From: an uncultured Bacteroidia bacterium
GTDB lineage: Bacteria > Bacteroidota > Bacteroidia > Bacteroidales > UBA932
Assembly: GCA_902794615.1 (NCBI GenBank)
Contig: CADBHY010000001.1
Location: 1-53,554 of the forward strand
Direction: 5' to 3'
Length of the DNA: 53,554 nt
Below are positions 1 to 8,925 of the stretch, piece after piece. The notes beneath the pieces were generated by a model. That model made no database searches and was not told the origin of the DNA. It saw only the letters and a list, made by a program, of their open reading frames with translations. The position numbers and the translations under genes were made by a program. Position 1 is the first letter of the stretch. Each line of letters begins with the position of its first letter.

Positions 1-1752
1 TCTACGCTTTACGACAGTACCATTGGTAGCCCATACAACAACCGTGTAGCTGGTGAGAGCCTTCAGGCCGGTTGTGTAGGTATAGAATCCACCGGGAGCG
101 TTGATTTCGGCCAAGACGCTTGCCGACGCAACAGATACACCGCTTCCTGTTTCGGCAGCCTTCATTTCGGCCAGAATGGCTTCCTGCTTTTCTTTGAATG
201 TATCCGTCGCATAAATGTTGATGTGAGCTTCCTGAATGTTTTTGCCCATTACATAGAAAGCGAAGGAAGAGTTGGCGGGATAGTCACCGTAGCGGGCGGG
301 GACATCCTCTGTACCAACCTCAAGCTGAACAGCGTGGTCGGCCTGGTCATCGGCAGAGATGAAGTTGAATACGGTATGAGCCGAATTCTGGGCGGCCTTT
401 TTCTCATCCAGGGCAACGGCAACAATCGTATATTGACCGGCGGCCTTTTTCTCATCCAGGGCAACGGCAACAATCGTATATTGACCGGAGGTTTCCGGAG
501 AAACTTGGAGAGTAGCGTAGTTGATATCCTTCGTCTCATCGTACTCAAACTCGCTGAAACTTTCGGATTCTTCTTCCTTTGCAGCTATGGCCTCGGCCTT
601 CTTTTCTGCCTCGTTTTCGGAGAGCTTACCGGGATAGATGGCATACTGGAGGGTCTTCACATCGCGACCGGCTGTCACGTAAACGGGCGTTGCGCCGTTG
701 GACGGATAATCGGCCTCAAGGGAGAGGGAGTAATCCGTGCGGATGAAGCCTTCGCCGATACCGATAACATCATAGCTGTCCATGGTCCAACCACCGATGC
801 CCATCATATAACGGCCATGGGCGAAGAAGAACAGTCCGCCGTTGTTGTCATAGTAACCGAGCGGATAGTTGCTGCTGTAGTTCTTGGCGAAGTTAATCCA
901 GGAAACACCTTCCAGGGCAGCCTGGGGGTTATATACGGTAAAGTAGTAGTACCAGTCGTAGAGAACGACATCGGCATCATAAGAGCTGTGGTGGTAAATG
1001 ACGCTGGGAATCAGTTCCATGTACATGTTCCCGTCGGCATTCAACTCCTTGGAGTAAATCTTGAACTGGAGTTCGCCTTCGCCTTCAGCCTCGGCATTGC
1101 CCCAGAAGCCGTAACCGCCGGTGGCGGGACCGTACTGCTCGCCCTTGTACTCATGCAGGAAGGATTCCGTCTGGCAGGTCCAGACGCCGTCCAAGTCATA
1201 GTACTTCACATAGGCCCAGCAGGTCTCACCCCAGTACTCCTGAGTAAAGGTAAATACGGCCTTTTCTTTGGTCTGGGGATTGAGGATATACTGCCACGCC
1301 ACCACCATCACATCGAGTTTAAGTTCGGTGGGATTGCTGGCATAGAGGGAAGCATACTGAGGGTCTTCCAACTGGAGGGAGAGGTCGTATTTCACGCCCT
1401 CTTCCGCCTTGTCGAAGGTAATGTCTATCGTAGTTTCAGACTGGCCGCTGGCGAAAACGATTTCTCCGATCTGGAAGATATTCTCTTCGGAAGATTTCAC
1501 GGTATAGGGGACCTTGATTTCTTCATTGATGAGCGGTTGGTCGGCCTTACGGGCAACGGTAACGGTAATGATACGATCCATCTCGGGATCGAAAGTGTGG
1601 CTGCCGGAAGCCTCCTGGGTAGGGAAATAAACTCCGTAGCAGTTGGTCAGGTCGGGTTCTCCTGGCTCATAGGTCAATTCGGCCTTTTTGCAGGAGAACA
1701 GAACAAAGGGCAACAGGGCTGCAAGAACCCAAATTTTATTGATTGCTTTCAT
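1..1752 (-). CDS. Surface lipoprotein downstream of SusD, 3'-partial (runs off the window start)
   Basis: Not in the ORF track. ATG at 1752 reads MKAINKIWVLAALLPFVLFSCKKAELTYEPG (lipoprotein signal with Cys). The frame is open at the places read, including positions 1-60, and starts 12 bp after the susD stop. Confidence 0.8.
   Translation of the reverse strand, partial: MKAINKIWVLAALLPFVLFSCKKAELTYEPGEPDLTNCYGVYFPTQEASGSHTFDPEMDRIITVTVARKADQPLINEEIKVPYTVKSSEENIFQIGEIVFASGQSETTIDITFDKAEEGVKYDLSLQLEDPQYASLYASNPTELKLDVMVVAWQYILNPQTKEKAVFTFTQEYWGETCWAYVKYYDLDGVWTCQTESFLHEYKGEQYGPATGGYGFWGNAEAEGEGELQFKIYSKELNADGNMYMELIPSVIYHHSSYDADVVLYDWYYYFTVYNPQAALEGVSWINFAKNYSSNYPLGYYDNNGGLFFFAHGRYMMGIGGWTMDSYDVIGIGEGFIRTDYSLSLEADYPSNGATPVYVTAGRDVKTLQYAIYPGKLSENEAEKKAEAIAAKEEESESFSEFEYDETKDINYATLQVSPETSGQYTIVAVALDEKKAAGQYTIVAVALDEKKAAQNSAHTVFNFISADDQADHAVQLEVGTEDVPARYGDYPANSSFAFYVMGKNIQEAHINIYATDTFKEKQEAILAEMKAAETGSGVSVASASVLAEINAPGGFYTYTTGLKALTSYTVVVWATNGTVVKRR
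391..486. repeat. Perfect 2 x 48-bp in-frame tandem duplication
   Basis: ggcggcctttttctcatccagggcaacggcaacaatcgtatattgacc at 391 and 439; encodes GQYTIVAVALDEKKAA twice on the minus strand. Confidence 0.95.
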
Positions 1753-1764
1753 GGTGTTCCAATT

Positions 1765-3405
1765 TTATTCTTCAGTCCATTCAGGAACCGATTTTGTCGG
1801 ATCCGGGTTGTTGTAACCTTCAATAGCCGGGTTGCCATTGATTTCGCGGCGAGGGATGGGCCAGTTCCACCAAGGGGCATTTCCGGTCACGTTGTAGCGA
1901 TAACCTTCCTGAACGTTGGTTCCGGCATAACCCACGGTTACGCCTGCGCCCAGACGTTTGAAGTCAAAGAAGACAACACCTTCTCCCCAGAACTCAACTC
2001 TCTTCTGACGGAAAACTTCCTGCTGGAAGCGGGCCGGATCGGAGATGGCGTCACAGCTGTATTCGGGGTTGCGAGTTCTCATGAGTTCGTTGAGGACGGC
2101 TTTGCCTCCACCCAAATTGCCGGACATAGCCAGACCCTCGGCCTCAATCATCATCATCTCTTCCATACGCATGGCGCATACTTCGGAGGCGCCGCCGGCC
2201 TTGTAGTCGCTATAGTTTCCTCCGACCGGACGGAACTTCAGGTTGGAATAAGGCTTGACGACACGGCCACCGGCAGAGGTGAAGACGTCGCGGGACACTT
2301 TGTAAGCATAGTAGTCCGTCCCGTTGGGATCAATCCAGGAGTGTTTGCGCCAGTCGGTATCCGGGATGCTGGCGTAGAGGCTGCTGGAGATACCGCGCTG
2401 TACGGCAGAGCCGTAGGAGGTCCACATTTCCTCGTTGGACATGTGGGCGGTATAGTTGGCCAGGTTGCCCATATTGTCGGCAGAGTAGGCCAGATACCAC
2501 ATCCAGGAATTGGAGTTGGCCGAATAGGTGTTGAAACCGGTCGTCGGGCTTTCCCACTGGTCCTGGGTAAGCGGAGATCCGCCAAAGGTGTCCAGGGCCA
2601 GACGGGCATATTTGGCCGCATTGGCGTAATCTGCCAGGGCCAGGTAAGCACGGGCCTTGAAGCCATATACCACATCGATGGTAGGAAGCATCCGGCCGCT
2701 GACTTTCGCTTCCGCCAAATATCCTTCGGCGGCATCCAGGTCATCAAAGATGAACTTGTAGATAACATCTTTGGTTGCACGAGGGTTATTCTTTGCCTCA
2801 TCCTGGGTCAGTTTTTCATCTACGATAGGGACCGTGAGCCCGGCAATGTCGTTTTCCGGGGCATAGTCGGAGCGGACAGCAGGGTCTGTGGGGGCCTTGT
2901 ATTCATAAATCTGAGCAAGGTTCAGATAGCAGTAGGCACGGATTGCCCTTGCCTGTCCCAGGTAAATCAACTGCTGTTCGTTGGCCGTTTCCGGGTCTAT
3001 GGCGCTGATAACATCGTTGGCGCTCTTGATAAACATATACCAGGTGCGCCAGGCAATGTAAACGCTCTGGTAGACGTCTCCGAAGGGAGATTCATTGGTT
3101 CCCCAGGAAGAGAACCAGTCATAACCGGAGTTTCCGTTCACCACGATATCTCCGGTATTGGAGTCCGTCATGATAAACATGGACGGTATGCCGAAGTCGT
3201 AGTCATTACTGCTGCGCTGGCCAAGGGCGAGGTAGCTTTCCACCATCTGGGCCGGAATCGCGCTTACCATGGCTTCCAGGGCCGTGCTGGATTCACCCAC
3301 CTGCTCTACCGTGGCAATGCTTGTAGGAAATGTTTCCTTGATACAGCCGGAGGCCAGAAGGCCGGCACCAATAAGGATATATACAAAATTTTTGAACTTT
3401 TTCAT
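1765..3405 (-). CDS. susD: RagB/SusD family nutrient-binding lipoprotein
   Basis: Lipobox LLASGC; GQARAIRAYCY, RVEFWGEG and C-terminal WPIPRREI motifs; directly downstream of susC. Confidence 0.95.
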   Translation of the reverse strand: MKKFKNFVYILIGAGLLASGCIKETFPTSIATVEQVGESSTALEAMVSAIPAQMVESYLALGQRSSNDYDFGIPSMFIMTDSNTGDIVVNGNSGYDWFSSWGTNESPFGDVYQSVYIAWRTWYMFIKSANDVISAIDPETANEQQLIYLGQARAIRAYCYLNLAQIYEYKAPTDPAVRSDYAPENDIAGLTVPIVDEKLTQDEAKNNPRATKDVIYKFIFDDLDAAEGYLAEAKVSGRMLPTIDVVYGFKARAYLALADYANAAKYARLALDTFGGSPLTQDQWESPTTGFNTYSANSNSWMWYLAYSADNMGNLANYTAHMSNEEMWTSYGSAVQRGISSSLYASIPDTDWRKHSWIDPNGTDYYAYKVSRDVFTSAGGRVVKPYSNLKFRPVGGNYSDYKAGGASEVCAMRMEEMMMIEAEGLAMSGNLGGGKAVLNELMRTRNPEYSCDAISDPARFQQEVFRQKRVEFWGEGVVFFDFKRLGAGVTVGYAGTNVQEGYRYNVTGNAPWWNWPIPRREINGNPAIEGYNNPDPTKSVPEWTEE

Positions 3406-3423
3406 AACACTATCTCCTCTAAA

Positions 3424-6400
3424 TTAGAATTTGAAAGTGATACCGCCGGACAGCGTTCTGACCGGGAGATAGGAAGCAAAACTGGAACCGCCGGAGAAGG
3501 AGCTGCGCGGGTCGAAGCCTCTGCGGACCGACCAGTAGAAGACATTCTCACAGGCGACATACAGACGGAGACTCTGGATGCCGATCTTGCGGGTCCATTT
3601 AGCCGGGAAGGTGTAGCCGAGATTGACATTCTCGATGTTCAGATAGCTGGCATCGGTCATGAAACGGTCGGAGGTATAGGCGGTGTAAACGTCACCATAT
3701 ACGAAGCGGGGAATGGTGTCGCTGGGCTTGTCGGCCGTCCAGGACTTCAAGACGTCCACGTGGAAGTTGGTACCGGTATTGCCGGCGGTAGGAGGGCTCA
3801 TGAGAGCGGCATAACCGCTGTCATAGGCCTTGCCGCCAATCTGGTAGGAGAAGTTGATGGCAAAGTCCAGGCCCTTCCAGTAGAAGGATGTGCCGAAACC
3901 GCCGTACCACTTGGGAATGGAGTTGTCTCCCAGATAGTAGCTGGCCGAGGAGTAGTTGTTGGTTTTTTCCTCGCTTTCAACGTTGCCATCGGCATCCAGG
4001 TTCTTCTTCCACCACAGGGATTCACCCGTCTGGGGGTCCACCCCTGCGTATTTCTTGAGATAACGGGTATAGAGCGGCAGACCCTGGCCATAGAAGTAGG
4101 TGCCGTTGTTGTAGCCGTCATAGCCGTCCACATTGAGCGTCTTCACATCATCATGCAAGTAAAGAATCTTGTTCATCACCTTGGTGGCGTTTGCGGTTAC
4201 GCTCCAGCGGAGGTCTTTCTTGTTAAAGATATTGGCCGTGAGGGAAAGTTCAACACCCTGGTTGCGCATGTCGCCCACGTTGTCATAGTAGGAGGTGTAT
4301 CCCAGTGAAGGAGCCACCGTGAAGGCAAAGAGCATGTTCGTGGTGGTACGGTTGAAGTATTCGACGGAACCGTCCAAAATGCCTTTGAGGAGAGTGAATT
4401 CTGCACCGACGTTAAAGTTACGGTTGGTTTCCCAGGTAATGTCGCGTTTGCCTTTTCCGTCGAAGGTTACCGCGATATTGCCGTCAGAAGGAACGATATT
4501 ATATGTATCGGTGTACATGTAGCTGCCGATGTTGTCGTTGCCCTGTGAACCGTAGGAAGCTTTGAGTTTGAGCATGTCAACCCAGGATGCAGTAAACCAC
4601 TTTTCCTTGCTGATTATCCAGGCTGCGCCCACAGACCAGAAATTACCCCAGCGGTGATCCGGGTGGAAGCGGGAGGATGCGTCACGACGGAAGGAGGCGC
4701 TGGCGAAAATCTTGTTGTCGTAGTCGTACTGGGCACGGATGAAGTAACCCTCGTTGTTGTATTCCGTGGTATAGGAATTGGCGCTCTGGCTGTCCACGAC
4801 GGCACCGGCCAGTTCCTTGTTGGACTGGGAGAACATATTTCTCTTGCCCGCACCCAGATAAGCATACTTGCTGTCATACCACTCGTGGCCCAGCATGGCG
4901 CTTACCGTATGAAGGCCGAAGGATTGGGTGTAGTTGAGCAGTTGCTGGGTGTTCAGGTTGGTGGAACGGCTATGTGACTTGGAAACGGAACCGCCGGAAG
5001 ATACGAACTGTCCATAGTAAGGATTCAGAACCGTTGTTCCGCGTGTTTCGTCCAGGGCAAAGCTGGTATTGACCGTGAACTTGAAGTATTTTAGGAAGGT
5101 AAAGTCGGCTGCGCCACTGGCGGTGAAGGCGTTGCCTTCGCTGTTGCGGGTATTAAGCTTATTGGCCAGCAGGGCGTTGTTGTTCGGGAGGAAAGGACGG
5201 GTGAGTCCGGCGTTCATTTCTCCGTCACCATAGTCCAAAAGAGCGATGCCGTTCTGGTCGATAATCTGCTTGCCTTCTCCGTCACGGACCAGAAGGGGGT
5301 AGATGGGGGCCATCTGAGCTGTGTAAGCCCAAATGTTACCGGAGTCACCGGTGCCGCCGTCTCCCGAGAGGGAATTGTAATTGAAGTTGGTATAGGAGAC
5401 GTTTCCGGAGAATTTTACCCAAGGTTTTGCCTGATAATCGGCACGGAGGCGAGCTGTGAGACGCTGCATGTCGGAGTTATAGGTGACACCCTGGTTGTTC
5501 AGGTAGCCGACGGAAGCGTAAATGTTGGACTTGTCTCCGCCGCCGGAAACGCTCAGGTTGTATTCCTGGCGCAGGGAATTGCGGAAACCGGCCTTTTCCC
5601 AGTCGTCCGGGAGGAGGAGGAACTCCTGACCCTGATAAGTCACCTTGTTGCCCAAGGTGGCAGCGGGGTTGATTTTTCCGTTTGAGCCGATGAAGTACTG
5701 CCCGTCCGGAACGCTGTAAACCTGGTATCCCAGACCACCGGCGGCTGCAGGACCGGTAATGGTGCCGTTGGCACGGGCCCAAGCCGTTGCGGCAGAAGCT
5801 CCGCCGTTGATATAGGAGTCGTACAAGGCCTTGTAGTGCGTCTCATAATACATGGCAGGATCGGAAATCATGTCGTACTTGAGAAGGGCGTTGGAGTTCA
5901 CACCCACCTTTGCGTCCAGTGTAATGACGGCATCGCGCTCCTTGGAGCGCTTTGTGGTGATGATAATGACACCGTTGGCACCACGGGCACCATACAAGGC
6001 GTTGGAGGCGGCGTCCTTAAGAACGGTCATGGACTCCACGTCGTTCGGGTTGATGTTGTTGATGTCTCCGTCGTAAGGCATGCCGTCCACAACATACAGC
6101 GGGGCGTTTCCTGCTGAAATGGAGCTGAAACCGCGGATTCGGATGGCAGGAGTGCTGCCTGGAGCACCGCCGGTAACAGTGGTTTGCACGCCGGCCACCT
6201 GACCGGTAAGGGCGGACGTGACAGCGCTCACCTGGGAGTGACTCAACTGTTCTGAATTCACAACCTTCGCAGAACCAGTGAAGGATTCCTTGGTGGCAGT
6301 ACCGAAGGCCACAACAATGGTTTCATCCAACATTTGGCTGTCGCTTTCAAGGACGATGTTCAGAGCGGTGCGTCCGTTGACCGGAATCTGCTGCTCCACA

Positions 6401-6636
6401 AAGCCCAGGCTGCTCACGACAAGCGTCCCGTTGCCGGGAACGGAAATTTTGAAACTTCCGTCCATTCCGGTGAGGTCATAGACGGTCGTGGATCCGGCAA
6501 GGATCACGTTGGCGCCTACGATGGGGTCACCTGCTTCGTCTTTCACTGTACCGCTCACAGTGATGTTCTGTGCCACTGCGCTCAGTGCGGAAAGAGTCAA
6601 CGCTACAGCCGTGAAAAAAATCTTGAACTTTTTCAT
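3424..6636 (-). CDS. susC: SusC/RagA family TonB-dependent transporter (SusC1)
   Basis: Signal peptide, N-terminal extension, plug motif LKDAASNALYGARGANGVIIITTK, LTWET-type motif, C-terminal F. Confidence 0.97.
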   Translation of the reverse strand: MKKFKIFFTAVALTLSALSAVAQNITVSGTVKDEAGDPIVGANVILAGSTTVYDLTGMDGSFKISVPGNGTLVVSSLGFVEQQIPVNGRTALNIVLESDSQMLDETIVVAFGTATKESFTGSAKVVNSEQLSHSQVSAVTSALTGQVAGVQTTVTGGAPGSTPAIRIRGFSSISAGNAPLYVVDGMPYDGDINNINPNDVESMTVLKDAASNALYGARGANGVIIITTKRSKERDAVITLDAKVGVNSNALLKYDMISDPAMYYETHYKALYDSYINGGASAATAWARANGTITGPAAAGGLGYQVYSVPDGQYFIGSNGKINPAATLGNKVTYQGQEFLLLPDDWEKAGFRNSLRQEYNLSVSGGGDKSNIYASVGYLNNQGVTYNSDMQRLTARLRADYQAKPWVKFSGNVSYTNFNYNSLSGDGGTGDSGNIWAYTAQMAPIYPLLVRDGEGKQIIDQNGIALLDYGDGEMNAGLTRPFLPNNNALLANKLNTRNSEGNAFTASGAADFTFLKYFKFTVNTSFALDETRGTTVLNPYYGQFVSSGGSVSKSHSRSTNLNTQQLLNYTQSFGLHTVSAMLGHEWYDSKYAYLGAGKRNMFSQSNKELAGAVVDSQSANSYTTEYNNEGYFIRAQYDYDNKIFASASFRRDASSRFHPDHRWGNFWSVGAAWIISKEKWFTASWVDMLKLKASYGSQGNDNIGSYMYTDTYNIVPSDGNIAVTFDGKGKRDITWETNRNFNVGAEFTLLKGILDGSVEYFNRTTTNMLFAFTVAPSLGYTSYYDNVGDMRNQGVELSLTANIFNKKDLRWSVTANATKVMNKILYLHDDVKTLNVDGYDGYNNGTYFYGQGLPLYTRYLKKYAGVDPQTGESLWWKKNLDADGNVESEEKTNNYSSASYYLGDNSIPKWYGGFGTSFYWKGLDFAINFSYQIGGKAYDSGYAALMSPPTAGNTGTNFHVDVLKSWTADKPSDTIPRFVYGDVYTAYTSDRFMTDASYLNIENVNLGYTFPAKWTRKIGIQSLRLYVACENVFYWSVRRGFDPRSSFSGGSSFASYLPVRTLSGGITFKF

Positions 6637-6651
6637 AAGCTAAAGACATTA

Positions 6652-6719
6652 GTTAAACATAAATATTGATACTGATACAATAGGCATTACGGCATCTGTA
6701 CACTACAAAACGTCCGTTT
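6652..6719. repeat. Left inverted repeat: 29-bp block (6652-6680) and candidate invertase crossover site AAACGTCCGTTT (6708-6719)
   Basis: Exact reverse complements of 8882-8910 and 8839-8850. Confidence 0.9.
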
Positions 6720-6739
6720 AAAATTATGGGACTTGCCTG

Positions 6740-6770
6740 CAAAAATGCAAAACAAATTTTTAATTTGCAA
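6740..6770 (-). promoter_or_regulatory. Candidate Bacteroidetes housekeeping promoter facing susC1, inside the putative invertible segment
   Basis: Minus strand TTG-N20-CATTTTTG; one mismatch to the TAnnTTTG -7 consensus. Confidence 0.5.
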
Positions 6771-6978
6771 GCCCCTCAAAGGAGTCTAAAAGTGTAATTT
6801 AACAACGTTTTCTCGGTTTTTAAAAGTTTTTAATGTGTTTTCAGGCACAAGTTAGTTATAATTTTTGAAAGATTTATACAAAGAGCTTACAATTTTTAAT
6901 CGAAAAAAATTTTTCATTTCTATGCTTATTTCTGCACTTCTTTTGCGAATAGGTGAATACCAATAGCTTAAGACTGCT

Positions 6979-7569
6979 TTATTCATCTTTCAAATACCTC
7001 GCAAGGGTGTTGGGATGGATACCCAGTTTTCGGGCCAGCCGGTCGATAGTGACCCCTCGGGAGCGTTGTTCCAGAATATCGGTCTTCTGCATTTCAAACA
7101 GTAGTTTTTGGGCCGATGGTCCCGCTGGCCGTCCCAATTTGATGCCCGCCTGTTTTTTGGCAGCCAGCGCCTCGCGCGTGCGCTGGGAGATAAGGTTGCG
7201 CTCAATCTCGGCCGCCAATGAAAAGGCAAACGCGATGATTTTGGCGTTGAGGCTGTCCGAGAGCTCGAAATTGTCCTTGATGGAATACAGATGGATGTCT
7301 TTCTGGGAACAAGTGTTGAGGATAGACATCACCATCATCATGTTGCGGCCCAGGCGGGAGAGTTCCGTACATACCAGCGCGTCTCCGGGTTTCATCCTGT
7401 GCAGCAGGCGTCCCAGCGTGCGTTTTTCCAGTTTTTGGGTGCCGGAAACCTTTTCCTGTACCCATCGGCCTATTTCCCAGCCTCGGCGGAGGCTCCACTG
7501 CTCAATCTCATAGCGCTGGCCCTCGTAAGATTGCATTTCCGTGCTCACGCGGATGTAGGCGTAATTCAT
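6979..7569 (-). CDS. mpi: Serine site-specific recombinase (DNA invertase), Mpi family
   Basis: Likely start MNYAYIRVST at 7569 (catalytic Ser; AAGGAG upstream); ELSRLGR, AFAFSLAAEIERNLISQRTREAL, LGRP and a C-terminal HTH. Resembles the Bacteroides Mpi family. Confidence 0.88.
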   Translation of the reverse strand: MNYAYIRVSTEMQSYEGQRYEIEQWSLRRGWEIGRWVQEKVSGTQKLEKRTLGRLLHRMKPGDALVCTELSRLGRNMMMVMSILNTCSQKDIHLYSIKDNFELSDSLNAKIIAFAFSLAAEIERNLISQRTREALAAKKQAGIKLGRPAGPSAQKLLFEMQKTDILEQRSRGVTIDRLARKLGIHPNTLARYLKDE

Positions 7570-7695
7570 GGTTCTCCTTTTTAGTGATTGTAATACGATG
7601 ATGTTCCAGGGGCTTAAAATCGTAAGAAACACACAAAAAGCATGTAAAACAACACAACTTTTTTTACGATTGTAGGTTTTTCGGAGTCCTTGTTC

Positions 7696-7703
7696 TATGT
7701 TTG
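7696..7703 (+). promoter_or_regulatory. -7 promoter element of rpn copy 1
   Basis: TATGTTTG matches TAnnTTTG; conserved at 15656-15663 upstream of the paralogue. Confidence 0.6.
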
Positions 7704-7744
7704 TAAGTGTCGGATAACTCCGTCCGATACTAACAATCTTTTTT

Positions 7745-8725
7745 ATGAACCTCAAAATGACTCCTGCGCAGATGCGCAAATTCGTTGCCATCGTCAATGA
7801 GGTGGAACGATACCGGGACCTTACCGAGAAAGAGAAGGAACTTCTTGTCTTATCCATTCTGGACCATCCGTACATGGACCTTCGATGTGACTGGGCCTTC
7901 AAGCACGTGATGAAAAACACGGAGATTTTGAAGATGCTGCTGAACGACTTCCTGCCGGAAGAGATTGAGTCTGTGGAACCACAGTCCAACGAGATTGACA
8001 AGATGCGCCCGGATGACAAGAACGTGATCATGGACGTGCTGTGCCACACGGCGGACGGGAAGGAGTTTATTGTGGAGATGCAGCGGAAGAAGAAAACGAC
8101 GTTCAAGAACCGGATGCTGTACTATGGCGCCTCCATGCTGCATGCCCAATTGAAGCCACGGGAGCCGTATTCGGCCCTGAAACCGGTCTATGTGATTTGC
8201 TTCATGGATTTCAAGATGCACCATGAGACTGACCAGCTGGTGTACCGGTACTCGCTTTGCGAGCAGGCCTCCGGAGAGCGCTACAACGACCTGCTGTCCA
8301 TTTATTTTTGTGAACTGCCCCGCTTGCAAGCAACGGCCATTGAAGGTCTTGACCCAGTACAAAGTTGGTTTTATATTCTCGTAAATATGCGTATCTTTGC
8401 AGGAAAACCGGAAGATATGGGAAAACGTTATGCCGCCGTAGCAGAGGAAGCGCGGATGCCAGGCTTTCCGGAGGAAGAAGAACTGACAAAATATTTCCGC
8501 AATATGATTACCGAAGAAGAAAGACTGGATATAGGTACCGCCTACTATGAAGACGGTTTCAATGATGGTATGGAAAAAGGAAAGGCGGAAGGGCTGGCGG
8601 CGGGCGAAGCTAACGCCATGCGAAAGATGGCCCTGAGGATGCTTAAGGCCGGTGAGGAACCCTCCCGCGTGTCGGAGTTTACCGGATTAAGCCAGGAGGA
8701 AGTTTTGGCCCTTCAGGCGAAGTAA
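7745..8725 (+). CDS. Rpn family recombination-promoting nuclease/putative transposase (PD-(D/E)XK), copy 1
   Basis: DWAFKHVM, MDVLC..IVEMQ, RMLYY, VYVICFMDF, ELPR motifs; GMEKGKAEG repeats; C-terminal TGLS.EEV tail. Confidence 0.9.
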   Translation: MNLKMTPAQMRKFVAIVNEVERYRDLTEKEKELLVLSILDHPYMDLRCDWAFKHVMKNTEILKMLLNDFLPEEIESVEPQSNEIDKMRPDDKNVIMDVLCHTADGKEFIVEMQRKKKTTFKNRMLYYGASMLHAQLKPREPYSALKPVYVICFMDFKMHHETDQLVYRYSLCEQASGERYNDLLSIYFCELPRLQATAIEGLDPVQSWFYILVNMRIFAGKPEDMGKRYAAVAEEARMPGFPEEEELTKYFRNMITEEERLDIGTAYYEDGFNDGMEKGKAEGLAAGEANAMRKMALRMLKAGEEPSRVSEFTGLSQEEVLALQAK

Positions 8726-8748
8726 TAAACTCAATAATATCAGAGTCG

Positions 8749-8780
8749 AAGACGGAGTACGAAAGTGCTTCGTCTTTTTT
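8749..8780 (+). terminator. Intrinsic terminator after rpn copy 1
   Basis: aagacggagtac-gaaa-gtgcttcgtctt hairpin followed by a T tract. Confidence 0.8.
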
Positions 8781-8838
8781 GTGCCTTTCAAATCATAAGT
8801 TCAGCCATGGTTTTATGTCTGTTTTTGGATTCACAAAA

Positions 8839-8910
8839 AAACGGACGTTTATAAGTGTATTGGATACCTATTACAGACTATTTGTATCAGTATCAATATT
8901 TATGTTTAAC
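8839..8910. repeat. Right inverted repeat: AAACGGACGTTT (8839-8850) and 29-bp block (8882-8910)
   Basis: Exact reverse complements of 6708-6719 and 6652-6680. Confidence 0.9.
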
Positions 8911-8925
8911 CAAATTGTTCAGCTT

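Noticed and set aside
223-4308. 1361-aa plus-strand ORF
   Set aside because: Codon-aligned antisense shadow of three minus-strand genes that happen to share one frame (lipoprotein, susD, susC); no recognisable motifs.
6769-7616. 8-bp inverted repeat AAGCCCCT/AGGGGCTT around the invertase, and GCCCCTCAAAGG (6771-6782) matching the dnaE-side hairpin
   Set aside because: Too short to separate from chance, with no supporting structure.
7570-8106. N-terminal extension making the recombinase 375 aa
   Set aside because: Overlaps rpn1 antisense; the YIRVST motif and an AAGGAG ribosome site place the start at 7569.
7745-8725. Rpn genes as IS transposases
   Set aside because: No terminal inverted repeats or target duplications around either copy; the family is not shown to transpose.
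8779-8925. Longer N-terminus for SusC2
   Set aside because: The signal peptide begins at MKQAK (8926), matching the susC1 leader geometry.
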